Source: Squalus acanthias
Lineage: Eukaryota
DNA: 64,000 bases
Reading direction: 5' to 3'
Assembly: GCA_030390025.1 (NCBI GenBank)
Contig: CM059432.1
Span: 3,286,001 to 3,350,000, forward strand
Numbering within the stretch: position 1 is the stretch's first letter; every line of letters begins with the position of its first letter. The position numbers and the translations under genes were made by a program. This document shows positions 12,380 to 24,495 of the stretch, piece by piece. Below the pieces are notes generated by a model. The model saw nothing but the letters and a program-made list of their open reading frames with translations. It was not told the DNA's origin and did no database searches.

Positions 12380-13079
12380 TTTCAAATAAAACTGTTGGAC
12401 TATAACCTGGTGTTGTGCGACTTCTCACATTTGTTAACAGGTAGTTAACAGGCAGTTGAGGCTTATCCCCATTTTAGCCCTGCAAGTGCGGGCTTCCCGA
12501 CGGCTGCGAACCTCGCCAGGGTCAGCGAGGCGAGCAGTGGGTTTGCGGAGGTGAGAGGGGTCGAAATGTCCGCTGTGGGAGGTGAGTGATGGGTGCAAGT
12601 GTGGACAGGTAAAGTATGAGAGGTGAGTGTAAAGTGTTGGAAAAAGTTTCCTTACCTTTGCTTCTTTCTGCAGGCTTCAGCCCTTGGGGATCCGGAGGTG
12701 CCTCATCTCAATGGCAAGAGATGGCAGAATGGCTGCTGCATTCTCAGATGCAGCAGCCATCTGCTTTCTGCTGAGGAGAGGGGTTTCTGAGAGCCTTCTG
12801 TGCAAGGGCTCACCTTAGAACAGAGAATGTCAGTGTTTGACAGCTTCTCAAAAAATTTGCGACAGATGAAGCGTCATACGCTGATGTCCTCAGTCACCGG
12901 CTTTCTCTTGATATGGCCGGTAGGTCAAGGTCAATCAAGGGAAAATAGCGTGACGACGTTGAGAGCGGGACTGAAACCCGAAAACCAGCAGTCCTGCCCC
13001 CCAACGACAAAATCCAGCCCCTTTGTACCTATGCCCAGGTGAAAACCCATCTGATGCGCAACTGAGGCAGCAAGCTTAC

Positions 13080-13250
13080 CCTGACCAATTCCTGCGGGAA
13101 AGGACCTCGAGAGTTTTCAGGCACGTTGATTGGAGGGATGACCCAGTCTCTCTTTAGGCGTTTCAGCTGACCCTGGCTCTCTGGCTGGAGCTGTGGAAAC
13201 ACGATGTCTGGAATATTCTGAGGCAGGGCAACACTACTGGACTTCCAGCT
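13080..13250 (-). CDS. cdh2: N-cadherin coding exon, exon 4 equivalent: end of prodomain, furin site, start of EC1
   Basis: Not in the ORF track; translated by hand as [57 protein letters not shown]. Poly-T tract followed by tacAG acceptor, AGG|GTAAG donor. 171 bp, phase 0-0. Confidence 0.93.
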
Positions 13251-14302
13251 CTGTAGATTTACAAAAAAAAAAAATAATTAGCATATTTTAATTATACTAA
13301 ATACATTTGCTTACCGCAGATAACGGGTGACTTTTTTTCTTGCCTTCAGCTCTTCCAGGGCCGAGCTTCTCTTGAATGGGCAAGAGTGTATATTGGGAAT
13401 TCAGGCACGTGCCTCATTTTCCACCCATCCGTTCACCTGAATTCCTGATATCCACGGCCAGCAAGTGAAGCTCTTCACCAAGAGCGAAGAAGAGGGAAGA
13501 GTTATCCGGATAGACGCCACAAATCATAACGTTGCTTGTGGCTGACCAGCTACTACAAACCGCATCCAGTTACAAAATCCTCCTGCATGTTAGAACTTCT
13601 AAATCACCCCCCCCCCGGCCAAAAATAAGTAAAGATTTTTTGCGTCTGTGGGAGGGAGAGAAAGAGCGTTAATGTTTCAGGTCGATGGCCTTTCGTCGGA
13701 ACTGGTAGATGTCAGGAGACTTAACAGCTCTTAAGCGAAGCCTTTGGCCTTTTTTCAACTTCGCAGTTCAGATTGGAGGTGGTAGCCACAAATGGGAAAC
13801 ATGGCCTAGCAGAGGAGGGTTGTCTCTACTGTACAGACCTGGATTTGGGGCCTGCTACTGTTCACAAGGGACTTGGAGGAAAGCGCTTGTATAGCTGCAG
13901 CATGACTTCTAACCCCTTGTATTCTAGTCCTCTAGATTTAAAGGCCAGCATTCCATCAGCCTTTCTGATAATTTTTTGTACCTGTCCATGACATTGATCT
14001 ATGTACCTGGACACCCCACCCCCCCCAAAGTCTCCTTGGACCTCCACTGCTTCTAGCTTTTCACCATTTAGAAAGTAACCCTATTTGCATATCCTTCGAT
14101 CCCTTTCTCCCTCATGTGTTTATCCAGCTTCCCCATGAATGCATCTGTGCTATTCGCCTCAACCACTCCCTGTGGTAGCGAGCTCCACATTCTCACCACT
14201 CTCTGGGTAAAGAAGTTTCTCCTGAATTCCTGATTAGTGACTATCTTATATTTGTGAGAAGCCGCACAACACCAGGTTATAGTCCAACAGCTTTATTTGA
14301 AA

Positions 14303-14339
14303 TCACAAGCTTTCGGAGCGCTGCTCCTTCGTCAGGTAA
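14303..14339 (-). ncRNA. Minimal hammerhead ribozyme motif (family A)
   Basis: Minus strand TTAC-CTGACGA-A-GGAGC-AGC-GCTCC-GAAA-GC-TT-GTGA; stem I is retained through a U-G wobble. Confidence 0.75.
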
Positions 14340-14399
14340 AGTGAAGAGATGCATATAGGCACAGACTATATATGCTGTGCCTATATGCATCTCGTCACT

Positions 14400-14436
14400 T
14401 CACCTGATGAAGGAGCAGCGCTTCGAAAGCTTGTGA
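14400..14436 (+). ncRNA. Minimal hammerhead ribozyme motif (family A)
   Basis: TCAC-CTGATGA-A-GGAGC-AGC-GCTTC-GAAA-GC-TT-GTGA; canonical CUGAUGA, with a G-U wobble in stem II. Confidence 0.8.
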
Positions 14437-17108
14437 TTTCAAATAAAGCTGTTGGACTATAACCTGGTGTTGTGCGACTTCTCACATTTGCCCACCCCAG
14501 TCCAACACCGGCATCTCCACATCATATCTTATATTTATGATCCCTGGTTCTGGTCTCCCCCACAAGTAGAAACATCTTCTCTACGTCTACCCTATCAAAC
14601 CCTTTCATAATTTTAAAGACCTCTATCAGGTCACCCCTCAAGCCTTCCCCTTTCTAGAGAAAGGAGCCCCCGCCTGTTCAGCAGTGGTGTTGGGGGGGCG
14701 GGGGCGGAGAGAGGAGGGAGAAAGAGAAGGAAGAGAAAGAGGGGATTGTTGCTAACTCGGGGAGGAGAGAGAGAAAAAAAACTAGCAATCCGAAACAAAT
14801 ACAAAGCGGTACCAATCGGCATGCGTATTCACATTTAAGGTATAACCTTGTCAGAACTGCAGTACTTAATACTAACACTTCAAAAAAGAATAAATCACAT
14901 TTGCTGAAGAATGGGAATTTAATTGCAGCATTGTTGAATAAAAGAAGTGCAGATGACATTTAGGAATTAGTTAGACGGAATATTTAGGAAAGGCAGTTGA
15001 ACGTTAGCAGATAAGAGGCCTATTCCAACGCACTCCTGGCTGGCCTCCTACATTCCACCCTGTGTAAACTTGAGATCATCCAAAACTCGGCTGCCCGTGT
15101 CCTAACTCGCACGAAGTCCCGTTCGCCCATCACCCCCTGTGCTCACTGACCTACATTGACTCCCGGTTAAGCACCGCCTCGACTTTAAAATTCTCATCCT
15201 TGTTTTCAAATCCCTCCGTGGCCTCGCCCCTTCCTAGCTCTGTAACTTCCTCCAGCCCCACAATCCCCCCCCCGCCACCGAGATATCTGCGCTCCTCTAA
15301 TTCTGCCCTCTTGAGCATCCCTGATTATAATCGCTCAACCATTGGCGGCCGTGCCTTCTGTTGCCTAGGCCCTAAACCTGGAACTCGCTGCCGACGGAAG
15401 TGGTGGAAGCGGAGACACTCAATGTTTTCAAGGGGAGACTGGATAGACACTTGAGGGAAATAAACTTGCAGGGCTACGGGGATAGAGCGGGGGAATGGGA
15501 CTGACTGGATTGCTCTGCAGAGAGCCGGCACGGACTCGATGGGCCGAATGGCCTCCTTCTGTGCCGTTATGACTGACTCCTCTCTACCTCTCTTCCCTCC
15601 TTTAAGACGCTCCTTAAAACCTACCTCTTTGACCAAGCTTTTGGTCACCTGCGCTAATTTATCCTTATGTGGCTTGGTGTCAAATTTTGTGTCTTCAAAT
15701 ACTCCTGTGAAGCTTTACTAGGTTAAAGGCGCTATATAAATACAAGTTGTTGTTATCCATCAAATGCTTACTTCCACCTCGGAGACACTGTCGGACCCAG
15801 ACTCTACCCTTTCCCACATAACCCTTATCCATGGAGTCACCGCTAGTCCAGGGTTCTGGCATGCCTTCCTCGTCAGTCTCCCACCCTCCATTAACGACAA
15901 ATCCTTCAGGACTGCTACTCTTCCCCCGTTCACCCATCACCCACTGAGCTCGCTCACCTGCATTGGCAACGCTTCGATTTAAAAATTCTCATCCTTGTTT
16001 TCAAATCCCTTCACGGCCTCGCCCCCTCCCTATCTGTGTAACCTCCTCCAGCCCTACAACCCAGAGATCTCGGTGCCCCTCCAATTCTGACCTCTTGAGC
16101 ATCCCCGATTTCCATCGCTCCAGCATTGGCGGCCGTGCCTTCAGCTGCCTCGATCACAAGCTCTGGAATTCCCTCCCTAAACCTCTCCGACTCTCTCTCA
16201 TCCTTTTAAACACTCCTATTTTGGTCACCTGTCCTAATATCTCCTTATATGGCTCGGTGTCAAATTTTGTTTGATAATCGCTCCTGTGAAGCACCTTGGG
16301 ATGTTTTACTACGTTAAAGGCGCTGTGTAAATACAAGTTAAACATTTCAGGTCGACGACCTAGGAACAGAAGGAGGCCATTCAGCCCCTCGAGTCTGTTC
16401 CGCCATTCAATAAGATGATGGCTGATCTGTATCTCAATTCCATCTACCTGCCTTGGTTCCGTAACCCTTAATACCCCCTCGCCCAACAAAAATCCATCAA
16501 TCTCAGTTTTGAAATTTTCGATTGACCCCCCAGCCTCAACAGCTCTTTGGGGAGAGAGTTCCAGATTTCCACCACCCTTTGTGTGAAGAAGTGCTTCCTG
16601 ACATCACCCCTGAACGGCCTGGCTCTAATATTAAGGTTGTGCCCCCCCTTGTTCTGGACTCCCCCCACCAGAGGAAATAGTTTCTCTCTCTCTACCTGAG
16701 CAACTCCTTTTAATCATCTTCAGCCTCTCAATTAAATCACTCCTTAATCTTCTACATTCAAGGAATGCAAGCCTAGTCTATGCAACCAGTCCTGATAAGA
16801 TAACCCTTTCAATCATTCTGGTGAATCGGAGGTGTGGGGCCCAGAACTGAACTCAGTACTCTAAATGGGGTCTAACCAGAGCTTTATACAACTGTAGCAT
16901 AACTTCCACCCCCTTTGTATTCCAATCCCCATGAAAGAGAAAGGCCAAGGTTCCATTAGCCTTTTTAATTATTTTCTGTACCTGTCCTCTAGATGCGGAG
17001 ATGCTTTAATAATGAGATGATAGCAAAATACTGCGGATGCTGGAAAATTGAAACAGAAAACGCTGGAAAAACGCAGCAGGCCAGGCAACATCCGTGGAGA
17101 GAGAAACA

Positions 17109-17146
17109 GAGTTAACGTTTCAGGTCGAAACCCTTCGTCAGAACTC
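17109..17146 (-). ncRNA. Minimal type I hammerhead ribozyme motif (family B)
   Basis: Minus strand GAGTT-CTGACGA-A-GGGT-TTCG-ACCT-GAAA-CG-TT-AACTC: 5-bp stem I, intact core, palindromic AACGTT stem III. Confidence 0.8.
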
Positions 17147-17868
17147 AAAGCGTTTTGCTTTAATAACGAGATGGGGTATTGGGTCGGTCATTGTTACAGA
17201 ATGTAGGAAGGGCTTCCTGACATCACTCCTGAACGGCCTGGCTCTAATTTTAAGGTTACGCCTCCCCCCCCACCCCCCACCTTCATCCATCAGAACTGGA
17301 AGACGTTAGCGATGAACAGCTTTTAAGCAATTGCAGAGGCAGGGCAAAGTGGGCAGGGAAAGATCAAAAAGGGAAAGGCCCGTGATTACACGACTAAAGT
17401 GATGATGGTGCAAGGCTAAATTGTTTCAGTTTTGATGCTTGGGGAAAATAGAGTGCGAGAAACTCCAACCTCTCAAAATTCAATAATGTGGTACTTTAAC
17501 ATTGGAAAAAGTCAAAGCAGCTTGCAGCTGCATCACACCATAGCGAGAGTCGAACATGCGCAGCGCCGAACCTACACAGCTGGAGAATTTTAAAGTAGTC
17601 ATGCCTCTTGGCTTTTGATTGCTAATTAACGTACAACCAAGGCAGGCTAAAAATAGCACCTCTTTTTTAAACTGCAGATATAAAGAGTCATCGGAAGTTT
17701 ACGAGCATCATAAAATTTGCTCAATCGAGATTTTAAATATTTACTGATTTCCAACAATGCCTTTTTGGTAGTAAGCCATTTGAATAACATTCGGGTTCCC
17801 GTCATTGAACTAGTAAACAATCTCTGCACAGAACAGCTGGATCGTACACTGTGAGTGTCACCACCACA

Positions 17869-20316
17869 TAGGGTTGCAAAATTCCGAGAATTTTTAAAAG
17901 AGGAAACTTTCCATGGGAATTTATGGGAATTGAGTTTTTTTGCACACTGATGGTTTTTGTCGCTGACCCTTATCATCAAAATAGACATACTGTTCCATAC
18001 AAATAAAAACAGCTTATTTAGCCTGTAATTTGTCCTTATTTTGTCCCTTTGAGTCTTCTGCTCATCATTGCTCCTCCTGATTCTCTGACTCTGGCTCTGA
18101 CGTGTCCATTTCCTCCTCTGTGTCACTGTCTAGCTGTGTGGTGGACACTTCTGTATCTGGCTCAGTAAGTTGTAGGTTCGCCCGGATAGCCACCAGTTTC
18201 TCCACTCTCTCGTTAGTCAGCCTGTTGCGCACCTTTGTATGCGTATTCCCAAAAAGTGACCAGTTTCGTTCAGAGGCCGCTGAAGAAGGTGGGATTTGGA
18301 GTATCGCCGATGCAATGGGTGACAGGGCCTCAGATGCACAAAGTCCCTTCCACCAGGTATGTGCACTGATATGCTTGCATGATTCCCATATCCCGTCCCC
18401 ATTCCAAAGACCTTGCTTGGTAGCGAACTTTGCCAGACTTCCCAGAACTTTGTCCACGTCCAGATTGAGGTGGTGTGAGAGGGTAGAAACCACACTGTAA
18501 GCGCTGTTGATCTGTTCTCCAGAAAGTATTGGTCTCCCAACATGCTTTGGGTCCAGCACGTATGCTGCAGCATGAATCGGCTTGACACAAAATTCTTGAC
18601 GAGTCTGTATGAATTGAACAATTGCCTTCTCCTCTGCTTTGAGCAGCAGGGATGTGGGTAGGGCAATGCTGATTTGTTCTTTTAAATCAGCAAAAAGCCT
18701 GAGAACATCTGACAAGACAGCGTCATCTCCTTCAATCTGAGCAATTGCAGATGCTACTGGTGAGAGTAGTTTAAGGCTGCTAACCACTCTCTCCCAAAAC
18801 ACATCATCCAGCAGTATTTTCTTGATGGTGGTTTCCATATCCCCAGACTGGGATATTGCCATTTCTTGCAGTGACTCCTTACCCTCCAGAAGGCTGTTGT
18901 ACATTATGACAACGCCACCCCATCTAGTGTTGCTGGGCAGCTTCAGTGTGGTGTTCTTGTTCTTTGTCGTTTGCTTGGAGTTGTAGGTTGCTGCAACTAC
19001 CTGTCTTCCCCTGACATACTTAACAACTTGCTTGGCTCTCTTGTACAGTGTTTCCATGGTTCTCAAACCCATGATGTCCTTGAGCAGGTTGTGCCGCGCA
19101 CCCAATAGACGTAATATGAGGGTAGGCCTCCTCCACTTGAGCCCAAGCAGCCTTCATATTCGCAGCATTGTCAGTAACTACGGCAAAGACCTTTTGTGAT
19201 CCAAGATCGTTGATGACCGCTTTCAGCTCATCAGCAATGTATGTGCCTGTGTGTCTGTTGTCCTTCGTGTCTGTGCTCTTGAACACTGGGAGAGGAGTGG
19301 AGACGATGTAGTTTATGATGCCCTCCCCTCGTACATTTGACCACCCATCTGAGATAACTGCAACACAGTCTGCCATCTCTATCGTTTCTTTGAGCTTTCC
19401 TTGGACTCTGTTATACTCAGCCTTCAGCAAATAAGTAGACAAAGCATGTCTGGTGGGAGGACAGCGTGCAGGGCGAATAACATTGAAAAATCTCTTCCAG
19501 TACACATTGGCTGTGAGCATGAGGGGTGAGCCTGTCGCATATACAGCTCGAGCAAGGCACTCATCTGCATTCTTCTGGCTATGGTTATCCATTGTATCAA
19601 AGAACCTTCCAAGTGGGCCAGGAGTTGCTGATGATAAGGAGCCTGATGCTGAATGTGAACCAACATCTTCTTGAATGGAAGCAGAGGAACTCTGGGCTGA
19701 CTGCTGTGAGCTCTGAGTGAAGTTGTTGCATTTGGATAAATGCTGCTGCATCTTTGTGGCATTCTTTACATATAGGTTTGTACAGTGTTTGCACATGTAC
19801 ACAGTCTTTCCATCTTTAATGCCTGGGGTAAAATGCTTCCACACATCCGACAGTAAATGTGGCATTGTTGTATGCAGAGAAATAAAGGGCATTCGTCTCG
19901 GTGTCGAACTGCGGTCGATCAGCACGATTGCAACAGGGTGAGTACATTTTTCCTGATGCTCCATGTGATGGAAGCATGACCTGTGCACGCACGACGCTAC
20001 ATCACCAATAGAGGGAGCTAATCGCTCATCCACCCATCCAACCAATCAGGACACATCTGTTCACAGTCACACACAAAACTTGTAATTATTAAAACAAGCC
20101 AAGAAGATAAACATATATTGATTAAGAAATTCCTTAATAATTAAGATTCCATCTCTGTTAGTAATTTTAAGAGGACGACCTGTGGAAAAAAAAAGAAATA
20201 CAAAAAAAAACAATATTATGCTAGCATGTGCTTTTTTGGGCAAAATTCCCAAGCTAAACTTCCCGTGGAAAATTTCCAGAAATTTACCGGAAACTTTCCA
20301 CCCCTTCGCAACCCTA
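17869..20316 (-). mobile_element. hAT-superfamily DNA transposon, full length (2448 bp)
   Basis: TIRs TAGGGTTGCAAA and TTCGCAACCCTA (1 mismatch in 12). Perfect 8-bp TSD CCACCACA at 17861-17868 and 20317-20324. Subterminal GGAAA/GGGAATT repeats at both ends and an internal transposase. Confidence 0.95.
18065..19865 (-). pseudogene. hAT transposase with one frameshift near 19090
   Basis: BED zinc finger (VWKHF..CKHC..MQQHL..C), SDGWSN, VVTDNAANM, CAA(H), TRWG and C-terminal dimerisation motif PPSSAASERNWS. Split between ORFs 19020-20045 and 18065-19105; likely ATG at 19865 (MPHLLSDVW). Confidence 0.9.
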
Positions 20317-22587
20317 CCACCACATACATCCCTTCAATTCTGGGCAGAACTTTGGGAGAGGGTTCAGAAGAGATTTACTAGAATGGTTCCAGGGATGAGG
20401 GATTTCAGTTACGGGGAGAGATGGAGAAGCTGGGGTTGTTCTCCTTGGAGCAGAGAAGGCGAAGAGGAGATTTGATAGAGGTGTTCAAAATTATGAAGGG
20501 TTTAGACAGAGTAAATAAAGAGAAACTGTTTCCAATGGCTGAAGGGTCGATAACCAGAGGCCACAGATTTAAGGTGATTGGCAAAAGAACCAGAGGCGAC
20601 ATGAGGGGAAAAACCTTTTTACGCAACGAGTTGTTAGGATTTGGAATGCACTGCCCGATAGGGTGGTGGAGGCAGAGTCAATAGTAGCCTTCAAAAGGGA
20701 ATTAGACAAATTGAAGGGGAGAAAATTGCAGGGATATGAGGAAAGAGCGGGGGAGTGGGACTAACTGGATCGCTCTTCGAAAGAGCTGGCGCAGACTCGA
20801 TGGGCCGAATGGCCTCCTTCTGTGCTGTACTATTCGATGACAGCCTCAACAGTAGAAAAGAACCAAAAGATAAGTAACATATTTAAATACTTATAGCCTT
20901 TACCTAAGAAAATAAGTGCAGTCTGAAGGATTTCAATTTTTAACTCAACTTTTAAAATAGGTCAACTTCGAATTCTCTGCAGCAGATTCTAAAAACACTA
21001 ACTTTCTGCTGCATAAATGATCATTTTATCACCAGCAAGAAATGGTTTCCACTGGCAGCAGGGTCAGTAACCAGAGGACACAGATTTAAGGTCATTGGCA
21101 AAAGAACCAGGAGGGGGAGATGAGGAAACATTTTTTACGCAGCGAGTTGTTGTGATCTGGAACGCGCTGCCTGAAAGGGCGGTGGAAGCAGATTCAATAG
21201 TGACTTTCAAAAGGGAAATTGGAGAAATACTTGATGAGGACTAATTTGCAGGGCTGTGGGGAAAGAGCGGGGGGGGGGGGACTAATTGGAGAGCTCGACC
21301 AAAGAGCCGGCACAGGCACGATGGGCCGAATGGCCTCCTTCTGTGCTGTACCCTACGTACAGCCCTGGGGTAATGGGGTAAGTTTCCCTCTTCTCCGCCC
21401 GAGTGTTAACCTGCCACCACCCGGATTTTATTTCATTGAAACCCCGTTTGCGAGCTCCCTGCACTAGCGGGTTTGCAGTTGACCCCTTAAGCTGCGCGTT
21501 TCCATCCGGCAGATTTACAATCAGCTTCGGGAGCCTATCGCCACAAAACAGAGCGAGCACAACTACACTCATCCACTAATTGTATTCACGGTACGACATA
21601 GCAGGAGGAAGAGAAAGCAAGACTGCCGAAACAGGGCTTATCCTTACACTGAGGTAAGGACTAAGGCAGATTGTCAGAATAATGCGGAGGATTGACCTGA
21701 AGAAAGACTATGCTGAAACCACGAACATGCAGCAAACCTCGTTCCATTTCTCAATTACAAAGCCCTCCTTTCTGCGAAGCTATATGTGGGTTTCAGAGTC
21801 CGTATGATTATATTGATCGAACCAACCCATTACATGGGATAGAATTCACAGCACAGAAACAGGTCAGTCGGCCCAACTTCGGCAGCACCTCCCAAACCCG
21901 CGACCTCTTCCACCTAGAAGGACAAGGGCAGCAGGCGCACGGGAACACCACCACCTCCAAGTCACACACACCATCCTGACTTGGAAATATATCGGCCGTT
22001 CCTTCATCGTCGCTGGGTCAAAATCCTGGAACTCCCTCCCTAACAGCACTGTGGGAGTACCTTCACCACACGGACTGCAGCGGTTCAAGAAGGCGGCTCA
22101 CCACCACCTTCTCAAGGGCAACTAGGGATGGGCAATAAATGCCGGCCTTGCCAGCGACGCCCACTTCCTCACGACCAAATTTAAAAAAAAACTGGTCTGT
22201 GCCGGTGTTTATGCTCCATATGAGCCTCCTCCCACCTTTCTTCATCTAATCCCAAACATATCCTTCTATTTCTTTCTCCCTCATGTGTTGATCCAGCTTC
22301 CCCTTAAATGCATCTGTGCTATTCGCCTCAACTACTCCCCACATTCTCACCACTCTGGGTAAAGAAGTCTCTCCTGAATTCTTTTTTGGTAATACCATTC
22401 AGCACCTCCTCTAAGTAGTAATATATAGTATTTATATGCAATGCGTGTCTGCAAAGTTTTAATTTGCCTCATCCTCCATCACGACTGGCAGTGCTGGCGG
22501 CTACAAGTGCAGGGTGGGACAGATTGAAAGAATGGAGCTGGTTGGTGGAAATCTGCATCACAATCTTCCAATAGCGGTTAGGAATTT

Positions 22588-23035
22588 AAAAGACTTGCAT
22601 TTCTATCGCGTCTTTCACAACCTCAGGACATCTCAAAGCGCTTTACAGCCAATAAAGTATTTTTTTTTTGAAGTGTAGTCACTGTTGTAATGTAGGAAAC
22701 ACGGCTGCCAATTTGCGCACAGCAAGATCCCACAAACAGCAATGTGATAATTACCAGATAATCTGTTCTTATGTTGATTGAGGGATAAATATTGGCCCAG
22801 GACACCGGGGAGAACTCCCCTGCTCTTCTTCGAAATAGTGGCCATGGGATCTTTTACGTCTTTCACGGGGCCTCGGTTTAACGTCTCATCCGAAAGACGG
22901 CACCTCTGACAGTGCAGCACTCCCTCAGCACTGCACTGGGAGAGTCAGCCTGGATTTTTGTGCTCAAGTCTCTGGAGTGAGACTCGAACCCACAACCTTC
23001 TGACTCAGAGGCGAGGGTTCTGCCCACTGAGCCAC
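22588..23035 (-). mobile_element. DeuSINE (SacSINE1-like)
   Basis: Reverse-complement full-length copy. Confidence 0.8.
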
Positions 23036-24117
23036 TGCTTTGACACATGACATTTGAATTAGCAACAAGGAAACCACCCAAATTAAGTCTAGAATTATGC
23101 TGATGTTAATTCTAATTTGGTTCTTGTTAAGTGACAGAAGGAAAGCAACATTTTGGGAAGTATTTAGCTGAAGTTTGCTACTGAATCAAGTTCAATTCGA
23201 TAAAGTACAGCACATCTCAGGTCGAATGATCTGTTAAGCCTTACAGGTGCACTGTATTGTGTGAGGTTCGAATACAAAATCTGTGCCACGTTACCTCAGG
23301 GTTTATGTTGTCTATTAAGATGGGTTGAGGAGTGCAGCGGAAAGCCAAAGGACCAACATTTCACACATTTAACTTTGTCGGTTGCTGGGGGCATTTGTAC
23401 CAGTTTCAAATGGGAATCCTTACAGCATAGAAGTTTACGGCACAGAAGGAGGCCATTCAGCCCATCGTGTCTGTGCCGGCCGACAAAGAGCTATCCAGCC
23501 TAATCCCACTTTCCAGCTCTTGGTCCGTAGCCCTGTAGGTTACGACACTTCAAGTGCATATCCAAGTACTTTTTAAATACCATGAGGGTTACTGCCTCTC
23601 CCACCCTTTCAGGCAGTGAGTTCCAGACCCCCACCACTCTCTGGGTGAAAAAAGTTCTCCTCAACTCCCCTCTAATCCTTCTACCAATTAATTTAAATCT
23701 ATGCCCCCTGGTTATTGACTTCTCTGCTAAGGGAAATAGGTCCTTCCTATCCACTCTATCTAGGCCCCTCATAATTTTATACACCGCAATCAAGTCTCCC
23801 CTCAGCCTCCTCTATTCCAAAGAAAACCACCCCAGCCTATCCAATCTGTCCTCGTAGCTAAAATTCTCCAGTTCTGGCAACATCCTGGTAAATCTCCTCT
23901 GTACTCTTCCTGTACCCAACACGTGTTCCAATAATCCTGGCTCAACAAGTGGCGGCAACTGAACGTCTACATAGATGGAAGAGAGTCTTAAGCAACAAAG
24001 TCTTCTATTGGCATTCAAAACTTCCCCATTTCAGACTTACTCCCCCTTTCTCTTCCCAAGAGGCAGCTTATTTTGGGGACAATTGCCACAAGTGGTAAAG
24101 TAACTACTTGACATCCA

Positions 24118-24495
24118 GTGTTAGCTGTGGCTCAGTGGGTAGCACACTCGCCTCTGAGTCAGAAGGTTGTGGGTTCAAGTCCCACTCCAGAGACTCGAGC
24201 ACAAAATCTAGGCCGACATTCCCAGTGCAGTGCTGAGGGAGTGCTGCACTGTCGGAGGTGCCCTCTTTCGGATGAGACGTTAAACCGAGGCCCCGTCTGC
24301 CCTCTCAGGTGGATGTAAAAGATCCCACGGCCACTATTTCGAAGAAGAGCAGGGGACTTCTCCCCGGTGACCTGGGGCCAATGTTTCCTACATTACAACA
24401 ATGACTACACTTCAAAAAAGATACTTTATTGGCTGTAAAGCACTTTGGGATGTCCTGAGGTTGTGAAAGGCGCTATAGAAATGCAAGTTTTCTTC
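24118..24495 (+). mobile_element. DeuSINE (SacSINE1-like)
   Basis: Head, core and tail present, with an internal deletion. Confidence 0.78.

Larger units (their letters stand above)
12107..12433. mobile_element. Penelope-like element terminus (family A) inserted as a fold-back inverted repeat
   Basis: 98-bp inverted arms at 12141-12238 and 12336-12433, plus an unpaired tail at 12107-12140. TSD TTAACAGGTA at 12097-12106 and 12434-12443. One hammerhead motif per arm. Confidence 0.8.
11936..13020. mobile_element. Non-autonomous DNA transposon, PIF/Harbinger-like, hosting the 12107-12433 insertion
   Basis: Imperfect TIRs GGACTGGATTTT..GGCGGGACTGCCGG and CCAGCAGTCCTGCC..AAAATCCAGCCC. 3-bp flanking duplication CTT at 11933-11935 and 13021-13023. 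Confidence 0.6.
14253..14524. mobile_element. Penelope-like element terminus (family A), fold-back, inserted in a CR1 tail
   Basis: Inverted arms of about 112 bp (about 14253-14365 and 14375-14486), plus a 3' tail ending GGCATCTCCACATCA. TSD TATCTTATATT at 14242-14252 and 14525-14535. Confidence 0.8.

Noticed and set aside
14253..14486. Long hairpins as pre-miRNA genes or MITEs
   Set aside because: They are multi-copy, have variable-length TSDs and an asymmetric tail, and share sequence with a GIY-YIG-linked terminus; PLE fold-back insertions explain them better.
18065..19865. Domesticated ZBED-type host gene
   Set aside because: TIRs and TSD are intact and the ORF is frameshifted at a catalytic-region motif, so it is a transposon copy.
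19866..20045. N-terminal extension of ORF 19020-20045
   Set aside because: No transposase features upstream of MPHLLSDVW; probably 5'UTR read-through from a non-ATG start.
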